Shown here: piece after piece, positions 1 to 11,935 of the stretch
Numbering within the stretch: the stretch's first letter is position 1
How the letters are laid out: every line of letters starts with the position of its first letter
Assembly (NCBI RefSeq): GCF_009734345.1
Contig: NZ_CP032551.1
Coordinates: forward strand, 900,001-932,000
Source of the DNA: Pseudidiomarina andamanensis
GTDB taxonomy: Bacteria; Pseudomonadota; Gammaproteobacteria; Enterobacterales; Alteromonadaceae
Length of the DNA: 32,000 nucleotides
Direction: 5' to 3'
Program-made: the position numbers and the translations under genes
Notes under the pieces: generated by a model
Told to the model about the DNA's origin: nothing
Databases searched by the model: none
The model's input: only the letters and a program-made list of their open reading frames with translations

Positions 1-18
1 CAGAGTAACAGCCAACGC

Positions 19-46
19 TTGTGCCCAAGCGACAAGCTCTTATAAT
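19..46 (+). promoter_or_regulatory. Candidate sigma70 promoter for tesB (TTGTGC - 16 nt - TATAAT)
   Basis: A perfect TATAAT at 41-46 sits 16 nt after TTGTGC at 19-24 and about 40 nt upstream of the tesB ATG at 85. Sequence pattern only. Confidence 0.3.
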
Positions 47-84
47 ACACTGATTAGACCAGTTGAATTTCTGAAGGAACACGA

Positions 85-948
85 ATGAGTCAGGTATTGG
101 ATGATCTTCTTAACTTGTTGAAGTTAGAAACCATTGAACAAGGTATTTATCGTGGACAAAGTCAGGATTTAGGCTTTGGCGCCGTATTTGGCGGCCAAGT
201 GATTGGCCAAGCTTTATCGGCAGCCAAAGAAACCCTACCTGAAGACCGCAAAGTTCACTCGCTACACACCTACTTTTTACGTCCCGGTGATGCGCATAAA
301 CCCATTATTTATGACGTTGAAAATATTCGCGACGGCAAAAGTTTTTCAACTCGCCGAGTGCAAGCTATTCAATACGGTAAACCGATTTTCTATATGACTG
401 CGTCTTTTCAAATTGAAGAGCTGGGGTTTGAGCACCAAGACACCATGCCTGAAGTGCCTGGACCGGAAGGACTGGTTTCGGATATCGATATATACCGAGA
501 ACATGCTGAGCTCATACCAGAAGCAATCCGTAATAAGTTTATCTCGGAAAAGCCGATTGAAATGCGCTTCGTAACTGCGAATAACCCATTTAAACCAAAA
601 GTGGATGAGCCGCGCCGTTACGTTTGGCTGCGTGCCAACGGCCCTATGCCGAATGATTCTCGGGTACATAAGTATTTGCTTGCCTATGCTTCTGATTTCA
701 ACTTTCTGCCAACGGCATTACAGCCGCATGGTTATAGTTTTGCACAACCGAATATTCAAATGGCGACTATTGACCACTCTATGTGGTTCCACAAAGATTT
801 TCGCATGGACGATTGGTTGCTATATGCTATCGATAGTCCGGTGGCGACAGGCGCTCGCGGCTTGGTTAGGGGACAAATATTCTCCCGCGATGGCACCTTA
901 GTGGCATCAACCATGCAAGAAGGTGTGGTACGAAAACACGGTAACTAA
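85..948 (+). CDS. tesB: Acyl-CoA thioesterase II
   Basis: 287 aa. The N-terminus [39 protein letters not shown] and the double hot-dog length are typical of TesB. GGAAC lies upstream of the ATG. The internal and antisense ORFs at 203-397, 346-669 and 605-901 are shadows. Confidence 0.9.
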   Translation: MSQVLDDLLNLLKLETIEQGIYRGQSQDLGFGAVFGGQVIGQALSAAKETLPEDRKVHSLHTYFLRPGDAHKPIIYDVENIRDGKSFSTRRVQAIQYGKPIFYMTASFQIEELGFEHQDTMPEVPGPEGLVSDIDIYREHAELIPEAIRNKFISEKPIEMRFVTANNPFKPKVDEPRRYVWLRANGPMPNDSRVHKYLLAYASDFNFLPTALQPHGYSFAQPNIQMATIDHSMWFHKDFRMDDWLLYAIDSPVATGARGLVRGQIFSRDGTLVASTMQEGVVRKHGN

Positions 949-963
949 ACATCCTAACCAATC

Positions 964-992
964 AAAAAAGGCGCCGTCATGGCGCCTTTTTT
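964..992. terminator. Bidirectional rho-independent terminator between convergent tesB and the nucleoside transporter gene
   Basis: AAAAAA (964-969), GGCGCC (970-975), loop GTCAT, GGCGCC (981-986), TTTTTT (987-992). The perfect GC stem is flanked by an A-run and a T-run, so it can terminate on both strands. Confidence 0.75.
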
Positions 993-1007
993 ATATCACT
1001 TTAATCG

Positions 1008-2252
1008 TTAACCAAGTGAGTAAAAGAAGCCAGCAATGGCTGCACTCATCATGTTCGCTAACGTAGCAGCTAATAATGCTTTAATACCCAAACGAGCAAT
1101 ATCGTGGCGACGGCTCGGCGCCATCCCCCCTAACCCACCAAGCAAAATTGCAATCGATGAAAAGTTTGCAAAGCCACACAGTACAAAGGTGATAATTACC
1201 TGGCTGTGCATGCTCAGTTGATCTTTGTAATTGACGAAGTCTAAGTAGGCAACGAACTCATTGATAACCAACTTTTGTCCAATAAAGCTACCCGCTAAAT
1301 GGGCTTCATCCCAACTCACGCCCAATACGTAGGCGACCGGCTGGAACACATAGCCGAACAATTGCTGCAATGATAAATCAGGGTAACCAAACCAGCTACC
1401 AACCCAGCCAAACAAGCCATTGATTAACGCAATCAAGGCGACGAATGCGATAAGCATCGCCCCCACATTAATTGCCAACTGCACACCACTTGAAGCACCA
1501 GCGGCTGCGGCATCAATAACGTTTACTGAACGATCTTCGACTTCGACACTATCGGTGGCATCACCAGTTTTACCGGAAATAATATTCTCAATATCTTCAC
1601 GCGGTTTTTCAGTTTCTGGAATGATCATCTTGGCCATCAGTAGACCCGCAGGTGCAGCCATGAAACTTGCTGCAATCAGATATTTCAGCTCAACCCCGAC
1701 TCCGGCATAACCGGCCAGTACTGAACCTGAGACCGATGCCATGCCACCAACCATTACGGCAAACAATTCAGAGCGCGTCATGCTCGCAATAAACGGACGC
1801 ACCATCATTGGTGCTTCTGTTTGTCCTACAAACACGTTTGCTGCCGCTGACATTGACTCTGGTCGGCTACTACCAATAATTTTCTGCAAAGTGCCACCCA
1901 GAATGCGGATGATCCATTTCATGATACCGAGGTAATAAAGCACTGAAATTAACGATGAGAAAAATACAATGACGCTAAGAACTTGAATGGCAAATACAAA
2001 GCCAAAATCAGCCGACGCTAAGCCGCCAAACATAAATTGAATACCAGCATTGGTGAATGCAATGACCTTCGCTACGCCCGAAGCTACCGCAAACAACACA
2101 TCTTGGCCAAAAGGTACGTAAAGTACAAAGGCGCCAAGTGCCACCTGAAATGCAAATGCACCACCAACGGTGCGCCAACGAATATGTTTACGATGCGAAG
2201 AGAATGCGTAAGCAACCAATAAGATGATGGCAATGCCAAGAAAACTATTCAT
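1008..2252 (-). CDS. NupC/CNT-family concentrative nucleoside transporter
   Basis: 414 aa and polytopic. The N-terminal pattern ([36 protein letters not shown]) and the C-terminal region ([27 protein letters not shown]) are characteristic of the NupC family. It sits next to udk, a functionally coherent nucleoside-salvage pairing. Confidence 0.85.
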   Translation of the reverse strand: MNSFLGIAIILLVAYAFSSHRKHIRWRTVGGAFAFQVALGAFVLYVPFGQDVLFAVASGVAKVIAFTNAGIQFMFGGLASADFGFVFAIQVLSVIVFFSSLISVLYYLGIMKWIIRILGGTLQKIIGSSRPESMSAAANVFVGQTEAPMMVRPFIASMTRSELFAVMVGGMASVSGSVLAGYAGVGVELKYLIAASFMAAPAGLLMAKMIIPETEKPREDIENIISGKTGDATDSVEVEDRSVNVIDAAAAGASSGVQLAINVGAMLIAFVALIALINGLFGWVGSWFGYPDLSLQQLFGYVFQPVAYVLGVSWDEAHLAGSFIGQKLVINEFVAYLDFVNYKDQLSMHSQVIITFVLCGFANFSSIAILLGGLGGMAPSRRHDIARLGIKALLAATLANMMSAAIAGFFYSLG

Positions 2253-2279
2253 AGTATAAAAGCCGTTTTATTGTTTTTG

Positions 2280-2912
2280 TTATTCCGCCAATAATTGACG
2301 AATTTTTGATTTTATCAAGTCTATTGCAATCTCATTTTGGCCGCCACGAGTGACAACCAAGTCGGCAAACTGCTTGGACGGCAGAATAAACTCAAAGAAA
2401 GCCGGACGAACAGTCTCTTGATATTGCTCAGCAACCGACTGAATTGTTCGACCACGCTCTTCTACATCGCGAATCATACGGCGTAACAAACACACATCTA
2501 ATGGCGTATCCATAAACACCGAGATATCGAAGAGTTTTCTAAGGTTAGGATCATTGAGTAGAAGAATCCCTTCCACCATGATGACCTTCCCTGGGTTAAT
2601 TTTAATAGTTTCTGGCACACGCGTATGGGTCTTGTAACTATACTGCGGCATCGCAACCGATTCGCCTTGGCGCAGCTGCTCAAGGTGCTGCACAAGAAGC
2701 TCATGTTCAAACGCCGAAGGATGATCATAATTGGTCAATTGGCGCTGCTCAAAGCTCAGGTGACTTTGGTCGCGATAATACGCATCTTCGGCAAGAATCG
2801 CGATACCGTGCCCACCGAGCTCAGCAACAAGCTCTTGGTAAACAGTTGATGCGAAAAGACTTTTACCTGATGCGGAAGCGCCAGCTATGGCGATGATGGT
2901 TGTTTTTCCCAC
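2280..2912 (-). CDS. udk: Uridine/cytidine kinase
   Basis: 210 aa. P-loop [12 protein letters not shown] at the N-terminus, the [10 protein letters not shown] and [11 protein letters not shown] motifs, and a length typical of Udk. Confidence 0.9.
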   Translation of the reverse strand: MGKTTIIAIAGASASGKSLFASTVYQELVAELGGHGIAILAEDAYYRDQSHLSFEQRQLTNYDHPSAFEHELLVQHLEQLRQGESVAMPQYSYKTHTRVPETIKINPGKVIMVEGILLLNDPNLRKLFDISVFMDTPLDVCLLRRMIRDVEERGRTIQSVAEQYQETVRPAFFEFILPSKQFADLVVTRGGQNEIAIDLIKSKIRQLLAE

Positions 2913-3010
2913 GCGTAACTTCTTTCATTTGCCCGACAACAGCGGGCAATTATCGTCGATTAGGCGGTTAAATGGAAGCATTGTGACAGGTTGACCGATT
3001 TTGTTACATT

Positions 3011-3040
3011 TTGACACGATCAATTCGTGTTCCCTATACG
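3011..3040 (+). promoter_or_regulatory. Candidate sigma70 promoter for the M16 peptidase gene (TTGACA - 18 nt - TATACG)
   Basis: Consensus -35 TTGACA at 3011-3016 and an imperfect -10 TATACG at 3035-3040, about 65 nt upstream of the ATG at 3104. Pattern only. Confidence 0.3.
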
Positions 3041-3103
3041 TAAGCTTCGGTATGATGCCATTACTTACAATTTCATAACGTCATAAAAAACGGGAACATA
3101 ACT

Positions 3104-5884
3104 ATGTTATTTCGTCATACCTTAACGGCAGTGGCCGTTGCGTCTGTATTATTAACTGGTTGCCAAGCCACAGCTGAGCAGCCAAAAACTCAGCAAGTTG
3201 CAGCTGCTCAACAGTTTCCATCGGTTGATATCAACTATGAAAGTTTCACTTTAGATAATGGCCTTCGTGTTGTTGTACACGAAGATCGCAAAGCACCAAT
3301 TGTCGCAGTTAACGTTTGGTATGCGGTTGGTTCGAAAGACGAGAAAGAAGGTCAAACTGGCTTTGCTCACTTGTTCGAACACCTAATGTTTAACGGTACT
3401 GAGAACTACGATGACGAGTATTTCGGGCCATTCGAACGCGCCGGTGCCACTGACATGAACGGTACCACCAACAACGACCGTACGAACTACTTCCAGAACG
3501 TTCCAACACCAGCACTCGATATGGCATTGTGGATGGAATCTGACCGCATGGGTCACTTGTTAGGTGCGGTAACGCAAGAGAAATTAGACGAGCAGCGTGG
3601 TGTTGTTCAAAACGAAAAACGTCAAGGCGAAGCGCAACCATATGGCCGTGTATTTGGCTTCCTTGCTGAGCAAACATTCCCTGAAGGTCACCCATATTCA
3701 TGGTCGGTAATCGGCTCAATGGAAGATTTGAATGCAGCATCACTTGATGATGTACATCAGTGGTTCAACGACTATTACGGCGCAGCGAACGCGGTTGTTG
3801 TCTTAGCGGGCGATATCGACGTTGCAACGGCGAAAGAAAAAATGCAAAAGTTCTTTGGTCATATTGCACCAGGCAAGCCATTGCAGAAGCTTGAAAGCTG
3901 GGTTGCGAAGCGTACTGGTACAAAACGTGCAACCATGGAAGACAATGTGCCTGCAGCGCGTGTATACAAACTCTGGAATACCGCTGAAATGGGTACCGAA
4001 GATTCAACTTATTTGAATTTATTAACCAGCATTTTAGCAAGTGGCAAGAACTCGCGTTTATATCAACGTCTTGTTCACGAAGAGCAAATTGCAAGCATGG
4101 TTTCAGGCTTCCAGTACGAGCGTACATTAGCCGGTCAATTCTTTGTGATCGCCGATGCCAAACCAGGCGTTGAACTTGAGCGTATTGAAGCAATTATCGA
4201 TGAAGAGTTAGCGAAAATTATTGCTGAAGGCCCTACCGCGGAGGAACTAGCGCGCGTGAAGTTCTCAGATGTTGCTAACTTCGTTCGTGGCGCTGAGCGT
4301 ATTGGTGGTTTCGGTGGTAAGTCTGACTTGTTGGCGGCCGGTGAAGTCTACCACGGCAACCCAGGCTTCTTTAATCAAGAGTTTGAAACCTTACGTAACG
4401 CTACGCCTGCAAATCTTCAAGCAGCTGCAAAACGTTGGTTATCTGACGGTGCATTTGTATTAAACGTTTTACCACAGCCGAAGTTTACCACTGCTGAAGC
4501 ACAAGCTGACCGCTCGAAGTTGCCAGAAGTTGGTGAATTACCAGAACTTGAGTTACCAGAACTACAGACGTTCACCTTATCAAATGGCCTTGTAGTTGCC
4601 CTAGCTGAACGCCATGACGTGCCAACCGTTCAAATGTCACTGACGTTTGACAGTGGTTATGCATCTGACTTTGGTAAGAAAGTGGGTACGGCTAGCTTCG
4701 CCATGAGCATGCTTCGTGAAGGTACCGAAACTCGCACCTCGCAGGATATCGCGAAAGAGCTTGAAACGCTGGGTACTAATCTTTCAACTGGCGCAAGCAT
4801 TGATACGTCGCGCCTGTCTATGGACAGTTTAGTCACCAACTTGGCACCGAGCTTAAATATCTTCGCTGACATTTTAGAGAACGCGTCATTCAGCGATGAT
4901 GAAATTGAACGTAAACGCGCCAACTGGTTAGAAAACATTAAGCGTGAGAAAGCGAGTCCGAATACTCAAGCGTTGCGTATTCTACCGGGCCTTATATTCG
5001 GGGATAACCACGCTTATGGCGTGCCGTTAACCGGTTCTGGTACTGAACAGTCCATTACTTCCCTGACTCGTGATGACTTAATTAGCTACCGAGATACGTG
5101 GTTGCGCCCTGATAACGCACGTTTAGTGATTGTTGGTGCAACCACTGAAGCTGAAATCAAACCATTACTTGAAGAAGCGTTGGGAGAATGGAAAGCGCCA
5201 GCTACGCCGAAGCCAACTAAGCAATTCACTGATGTGGCTATGCAAACCAAACCACGTGTTTACATCATTGATCAGCCTGGTACACCGCAATCAACCATCT
5301 TTGCGGGTCATTTAGCCCCTGCTGACGATGCGCCAAATGCTGAAGTTCTGGACGTTGCCAACACCATTTTAGGTGGTAGCTTCACCAGCCGCGTTAACAT
5401 GAACCTTCGTGAAGACAAAGGTTGGTCATATGGTTCGCGTACGATTTGGTCAGCCTATGACGAAGCTGGTTTATTCTTCACTTTGGCACCGGTACAAACC
5501 GACAAAACCAAAGAATCAATTCAAGAAATTTTGAAAGAATTGAATCAATATCAAACCAGCAAGCCAGCTACCGCGGAAGAGCTTGAGAAAGTTCAAATGA
5601 ACAAGACCGCGAAGCTTCCGGGTGCGTATGAAACGAAAGGTGCTTTGTTAGGCGCTATTGTTGATACGTTAGATAAAGGTAAAGACATGGCGTGGTTAGA
5701 AAATTACGGTGAACGTGTGAACGCAATTACGGTCGAAGACGTGCAAAGTAATGCGCGTACACTCATCGATACTGACGCACTAACTTGGGTTATCGTTGGC
5801 GATGCGAAGCAAATTGCTGACGACGTTCGTTCACTTAACCTGGGTGAAGTTACCATGCTAGATAGCGACGGTAACGCCCTGTAG
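3104..5884 (+). CDS. M16 (pitrilysin/insulinase) family zinc metallopeptidase, two fused M16 units, predicted lipoprotein
   Basis: 926 aa. Lipobox LLTGC at residues about 16-20. Inverted zinc motif HxxEH (FAHLFEHLMFNGT) in the N-terminal half. The second half is M16-like and lacks HxxEH, as in tandem M16 proteins. Confidence 0.85.
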   Translation: MLFRHTLTAVAVASVLLTGCQATAEQPKTQQVAAAQQFPSVDINYESFTLDNGLRVVVHEDRKAPIVAVNVWYAVGSKDEKEGQTGFAHLFEHLMFNGTENYDDEYFGPFERAGATDMNGTTNNDRTNYFQNVPTPALDMALWMESDRMGHLLGAVTQEKLDEQRGVVQNEKRQGEAQPYGRVFGFLAEQTFPEGHPYSWSVIGSMEDLNAASLDDVHQWFNDYYGAANAVVVLAGDIDVATAKEKMQKFFGHIAPGKPLQKLESWVAKRTGTKRATMEDNVPAARVYKLWNTAEMGTEDSTYLNLLTSILASGKNSRLYQRLVHEEQIASMVSGFQYERTLAGQFFVIADAKPGVELERIEAIIDEELAKIIAEGPTAEELARVKFSDVANFVRGAERIGGFGGKSDLLAAGEVYHGNPGFFNQEFETLRNATPANLQAAAKRWLSDGAFVLNVLPQPKFTTAEAQADRSKLPEVGELPELELPELQTFTLSNGLVVALAERHDVPTVQMSLTFDSGYASDFGKKVGTASFAMSMLREGTETRTSQDIAKELETLGTNLSTGASIDTSRLSMDSLVTNLAPSLNIFADILENASFSDDEIERKRANWLENIKREKASPNTQALRILPGLIFGDNHAYGVPLTGSGTEQSITSLTRDDLISYRDTWLRPDNARLVIVGATTEAEIKPLLEEALGEWKAPATPKPTKQFTDVAMQTKPRVYIIDQPGTPQSTIFAGHLAPADDAPNAEVLDVANTILGGSFTSRVNMNLREDKGWSYGSRTIWSAYDEAGLFFTLAPVQTDKTKESIQEILKELNQYQTSKPATAEELEKVQMNKTAKLPGAYETKGALLGAIVDTLDKGKDMAWLENYGERVNAITVEDVQSNARTLIDTDALTWVIVGDAKQIADDVRSLNLGEVTMLDSDGNAL

Positions 5885-5887
5885 TAG

Positions 5888-7958
<2,071 letters not shown>

Positions 7959-7997
7959 TCATTGATGTTGCATTGAAAATAAATCTGGTCAAAATTT

Positions 7998-8064
7998 CTG
8001 CTCCTTGCTAAGGTAAATTTAACCCTAATTTGGGAAAGGTTTTAAGTTTACCGACAAGGAGCAG
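7998..8064 (+). promoter_or_regulatory. Extended leader hairpin that base-pairs the Shine-Dalgarno of the downstream GGDEF-EAL gene
   Basis: CTGCTCCTTG (7998-8007) is the perfect reverse complement of CAAGGAGCAG (8055-8064), which contains the AAGGAG SD 7 nt before ATG 8068. A nested helix pairs 8012-8022 with 8042-8052 (11 bp, one G-U), and an apical CCC/GGG pair is possible. No T-run follows, so it is not a terminator. Confidence 0.5.
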
Positions 8065-8067
8065 TAT

Positions 8068-9588
8068 ATGTCGCCGCGCCGCGCCGCAGCAGCCATAGCG
8101 TTTCTTTATTTATTTCTTGGCTATATCTGGATTAGTTTCTCAGATCGATTTCTGCTAACCATCGCAGCAGAATCAAGCTATTTAACTGAGCTTCAAACCT
8201 ATAAAGGCTGGACTTACGTCACGATTACTGCTGGTCTACTCTACCTACTTGCTTATCGCGCTCTTCAGCGTGAAAGAAACCTTTCAGAACGTGACGGACT
8301 CACACTTCTCTTGAATCGTCACATGTTTGAACGTGAACTTGCCAGCGAAATTCAATATGCGCACGATAACCAGCAAAACCTCAGTGTGATTATGTTGAAC
8401 ATTGATGGCTTTAAACAAATTAATAGCCATGTAAGTTTAGAAGCTGGCGATAAATTCCTGATTGCCGTAGCTAGTGAGCTTCGTGAAGCTTGTCATCAGC
8501 AAGCGCTCATTGCACGCTTTGGGAATGATGAGTTTGCTATCGCTTTGCCTGATTCAACATGGCCAGATGATGTGCTGCCGCTGCTTCAACAAATTCAACG
8601 ACGAATTGCTCATATTCGTATTTCGGAATCACCTCAACTGAGTTTTACTGCAAGCGCTGGGCTTGCGCTTTACCCTCGTGATGGTTCTGCAGCAAGCGAA
8701 TTAATTGATGCAGCTGATCTGGCTCTTGAGCAAGCACGACAGACAGAGCGCGGCAGTTATAAGCTCTATAACGCAGAATTAAGTGCCATCATGTCAAACA
8801 AAGCACGCTTATTGTTTGATTTAAAATCTGCCATTGAAAAACGTCAGCTTACTGTGGTGTATCAGCCACAATTTTGCGTTAGTGAAAACCGCATGACGGG
8901 TCTTGAAGTGTTAGTGCGCTGGAATCATCCAGAGCGAGGCATTATTCCACCTTGCGATTTCATCCCATTAGCTGAGCAAAATGGACTTATCTGCGGCATT
9001 ACTGATTTTGTGATGCAACAAGCCATTTCCGAACTGACAGAGTACGGCCTTCTATATCGCGATGTGCAGCGTGTCTCGTTCAATGTTTCAGCGGCTGATT
9101 TTAATGGCAATGAGAGCTGTGACCGTTTCTTATCGAACTTGGCGCTATTACCAGGTGACTGGTCGGTCATTGAACTTGAACTAACTGAAAGTGCTGCGCT
9201 GCTCAATTTAGAGGGCGTTAAGCAAGTGCTTGAGAAACTGACGGAGAAAGGTGTGCAGGTTTCGTTAGATGACTTCGGTACCGGTTATTCTTCGTTAAAT
9301 ACACTCAGATTATTACCGATCAAAGAAGTGAAAATTGATCAAAGTTTCGTCAAAGATATTGTGCAGAACAAACAAGATGCCAAGCTTGTAAAAACGATTC
9401 TAGCTATGGCACAAGCTTTACATCTCCGCGTTGTTGCTGAGGGTGTTGAAACCCATGCGCAGGCAAACTATTTAATGAAAGCAGGCTGTGAAGAGTTTCA
9501 AGGCTACCTTTACGCACGACCAATGCCAATCAATCATTTAGTGACGTTTATTAATAATCTTAAACAGCAGCAACGTGCGCAATCTTGA
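8068..9588 (+). CDS. Membrane-anchored degenerate-GGDEF / EAL protein (probable c-di-GMP phosphodiesterase)
   Basis: 506 aa with two N-terminal TM segments. The GGDEF signature is degenerate (RFGNDEF) and has no RxxD I-site. The EAL domain keeps its catalytic signatures: EVLVRW, NVS, ELELTES, DDFGTGYSS, KIDQSF, AEGVET, QGYLYARP. Confidence 0.85.
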   Translation: MSPRRAAAAIAFLYLFLGYIWISFSDRFLLTIAAESSYLTELQTYKGWTYVTITAGLLYLLAYRALQRERNLSERDGLTLLLNRHMFERELASEIQYAHDNQQNLSVIMLNIDGFKQINSHVSLEAGDKFLIAVASELREACHQQALIARFGNDEFAIALPDSTWPDDVLPLLQQIQRRIAHIRISESPQLSFTASAGLALYPRDGSAASELIDAADLALEQARQTERGSYKLYNAELSAIMSNKARLLFDLKSAIEKRQLTVVYQPQFCVSENRMTGLEVLVRWNHPERGIIPPCDFIPLAEQNGLICGITDFVMQQAISELTEYGLLYRDVQRVSFNVSAADFNGNESCDRFLSNLALLPGDWSVIELELTESAALLNLEGVKQVLEKLTEKGVQVSLDDFGTGYSSLNTLRLLPIKEVKIDQSFVKDIVQNKQDAKLVKTILAMAQALHLRVVAEGVETHAQANYLMKAGCEEFQGYLYARPMPINHLVTFINNLKQQQRAQS

Positions 9589-10477
9589 TCTGGTTTTTGC
9601 CCTGTTTTTTGGCTTCGTACATAGCTTTATCAGCAGCGCGTAAAATCCTTGCAACATCGAAATGATGCTCGGCATCGTTACAATGACAAATTCCCATAGA
9701 TAGCGTGACAGGCCAATCGTGCTCTGCAAATTCGTGTACTAAACGTTCTCGAATACGCTCCAATACGGTCATTGCATCCTCTAGTGAAGCGCCCACATGA
9801 ATGGTAGCAAACTCGTCGCCGCCAATTCGCGCGACCAAATCGTTCGCACGGCACGCCGTTGCGATCACATGACCAATTTGTTGCAACACCTCATCGCCTA
9901 CCTGATGACCGTGCGTGTCATTTATTTTTTTAAAATCATCTAAATCGATAAAACAAACTGCAAAATCGAGACCGTGCTCGTGCAAATTATGAATTTCATT
10001 ATCCAGAGCCTCAACAAATGCGCGACGATTCGCCAGCCCGGTTAAGTGATCGGTTTGTGCCAACTTACGTTCATGCTCAAGCTCTCGACGAATTTTATCT
10101 TCGGTCATTTGCATGGTTGTTGCATCACGAACAAAGGCTATTGCAAAATGTTCACCATCAAACTCGACATGACTAAGCATGATCTCAACGTAAATTGTAC
10201 TGCCATCTTTGCGTTGCCCAGAAAATTTAAAGCCTCGCCCCATAGGACGGTTTTGCGCTGAGTTAAAAAAAGATGCGACATGTTTGCTATGCTCAGCCCG
10301 AACTGCGTCAGGAAGCAAGATATCAAGCGGTTGCCCTAATAATTCACGGCGTTGCGAGTAACCGAACATATCGGTCAGCATCGCATTCACCATCACAAGC
10401 TGGTTATCTCGATTAAGAATCAGTGCAGCATCGGGAATAACTTCAATAAGTTCAGCAATTGTTCTTTGCGTTTTCAT
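9560..10477 (-). CDS. PAS-GGDEF diguanylate cyclase
   Basis: 305 aa. N-terminal PAS-like region (IPDAALILNRDNQLV.VN......FGY.......G), then an intact GGDEF domain (RIGGDEF) with the RxxD I-site (RAND) five residues upstream. Its 3' end overlaps the convergent gene by 29 nt. Confidence 0.85.
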   Translation of the reverse strand: MKTQRTIAELIEVIPDAALILNRDNQLVMVNAMLTDMFGYSQRRELLGQPLDILLPDAVRAEHSKHVASFFNSAQNRPMGRGFKFSGQRKDGSTIYVEIMLSHVEFDGEHFAIAFVRDATTMQMTEDKIRRELEHERKLAQTDHLTGLANRRAFVEALDNEIHNLHEHGLDFAVCFIDLDDFKKINDTHGHQVGDEVLQQIGHVIATACRANDLVARIGGDEFATIHVGASLEDAMTVLERIRERLVHEFAEHDWPVTLSMGICHCNDAEHHFDVARILRAADKAMYEAKKQGKNQIKIAHVAAV

Positions 10478-11814
10478 GACATCCGTTTATTTTTGTACAT
10501 CTTATGATCAGCACTTTGAATAAGGGCTTCTACAGTCTTGGTATCTTTGCCAAATAAAGCATAACCAAGACTAGCCGTCACTTTTATATCGTTAGCCTTA
10601 TATCGAATAGGCGCTGAGATAATTTCGGCAATTTTCGCACACTGTTCTGCAACTGTCTTCAGGTCATTCACACCCATTAAGACTATCAAAAATTCGTCGC
10701 CACCAATTCGCGCAACGGTGTCTGTTGCTCGCGTATTAGTGAACATGCGTTGAGCTATGGTTTTTAATACCGTGTCACCTGCGTGGTGACCAAACTGATC
10801 ATTGACGTCTTTAAAGCGGTCAATATCAACAACAACAACGGCAAATGGCGTTGGATGACGTTCATTAATCTGTATTAGTGTTTGCAATCGCTCCATGACC
10901 ATACGGCGATTCGCCACATTCGTTAAGGGGTCAGCCATCGCTTCGCTGTAAGATGAACGATACCAAGCAAACAATGTAAAGAGCATGATATATAAGGCGG
11001 CGACAAATGGATATCCGATCAGTCGAATTCGTTCTTGTTCCCAAAAACTACCTTCAATATGAGAATCGGTAGAGAGCGCTACCGACCAAGATCCATTCGG
11101 AAAACGTACCTTTTCACGAAAATCTGCTGTAGAAAACGTCTCTTCATCGCCAAAAAACACATCCCCATCCGGCCCTGTTCCATCGCGGCCTCGAATAGCA
11201 AAATCATAAAATGCACCGAGGTTGAGCACTCCACTGGCTTCAAATAATCGATTACTATCGATAACGAGTGCAATAAGCCCCCAGTAAGTTTCGGTTTCAC
11301 CCTCGTGAGTAAAAATAGGAATGCGGTAGATAATGCCTTCGCCGCCTTGAATAAGAGGTACGGGCCCAGCTAATAATGTTTGTTTCGTTATTTGCGCACG
11401 CTTAACAACATCCCGCTGCTCGGAATTCTGTTCATAGTCATACCCCAATACGGCCTCGTTTCCTGCAACCGGGTAAACGAACGAAATAATATTATTGGGC
11501 GCTATTGCCAGATTTCTTACGAAGGTATTGCTTTCAACAATAGGTTGTGCCAACGAGCGCCATTGTTCAGGCCCACTTTCAGGGTGTGTTGCGAGATAAC
11601 TTGCTATCCCCCAAATACTATAAAGCGCGGCATTAAGCTCAGATTCTAGATCAGCGCGAACTTCAGTAAATTCGCTCTGCAATTGACTCAGCTGCTCAGA
11701 TTTAACCCGTTCTTTGTTGAGAACATGCAAGTACTCAATTGCCACCAAGGCAAATATTAGCGAGGTTAAAACAGCAACAATGAAAGTGACGCGACGCGTA
11801 TGAGTTGAAAACAC
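10474..11814 (-). CDS. CHASE-like periplasmic sensor / GGDEF diguanylate cyclase
   Basis: 446 aa. TM segment, then an extracytoplasmic domain of about 240 aa with CHASE-type signatures (LAIAPNNIISFVYP..GNEAVLGYDY, LAGPVPLIQGGEGIIYRIPIF), then a second TM, then GGDEF (RIGGDEF) with I-site RATD. A 4-nt ATGA overlap links it to the downstream PAS-GGDEF gene. Confidence 0.8.
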   Translation of the reverse strand: MFSTHTRRVTFIVAVLTSLIFALVAIEYLHVLNKERVKSEQLSQLQSEFTEVRADLESELNAALYSIWGIASYLATHPESGPEQWRSLAQPIVESNTFVRNLAIAPNNIISFVYPVAGNEAVLGYDYEQNSEQRDVVKRAQITKQTLLAGPVPLIQGGEGIIYRIPIFTHEGETETYWGLIALVIDSNRLFEASGVLNLGAFYDFAIRGRDGTGPDGDVFFGDEETFSTADFREKVRFPNGSWSVALSTDSHIEGSFWEQERIRLIGYPFVAALYIMLFTLFAWYRSSYSEAMADPLTNVANRRMVMERLQTLIQINERHPTPFAVVVVDIDRFKDVNDQFGHHAGDTVLKTIAQRMFTNTRATDTVARIGGDEFLIVLMGVNDLKTVAEQCAKIAEIISAPIRYKANDIKVTASLGYALFGKDTKTVEALIQSADHKMYKNKRMS

Positions 11815-11935
11815 AGGTTCTCCGACCGTTCATTTACTGTCTTAACCATAAACTAAGCCATACAATTCGCAAGCTTTACTAGCAAATTTTTGCAGGTGTT
11901 CATAAACTGATGAAATCATTGATGTTGGAGACATT

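Noticed and set aside
2929-2949. A 7-bp inverted repeat TTGCCCG-N7-CGGGCAA just upstream of the udk start, as a possible operator or attenuator
   Set aside because: It is a short stem at a plausible 5' UTR position, but nothing else supports it: no U-run, no second site and no known motif. I note it here only.
203-4463. Many 60-140 aa ORFs nested in or antisense to tesB, the nucleoside transporter, udk and the M16 peptidase (for example 346-669, 1420-1710, 3390-3743, 3765-4193). Similar ones occur throughout the window.
   Set aside because: All lie fully inside longer ORFs with clear family signatures. Their translations are compositionally odd (Cys/Arg/Ser-rich) and they lack ribosome-binding sites.
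4520-4565. Short tandem-like nucleotide repetition (CCAGAA x4) encoding LPEVGELPELELPEL in the M16 peptidase
   Set aside because: It is in-frame linker-like low complexity between the two M16 halves. There is no evidence of a repeat element or slippage-prone homopolymer.
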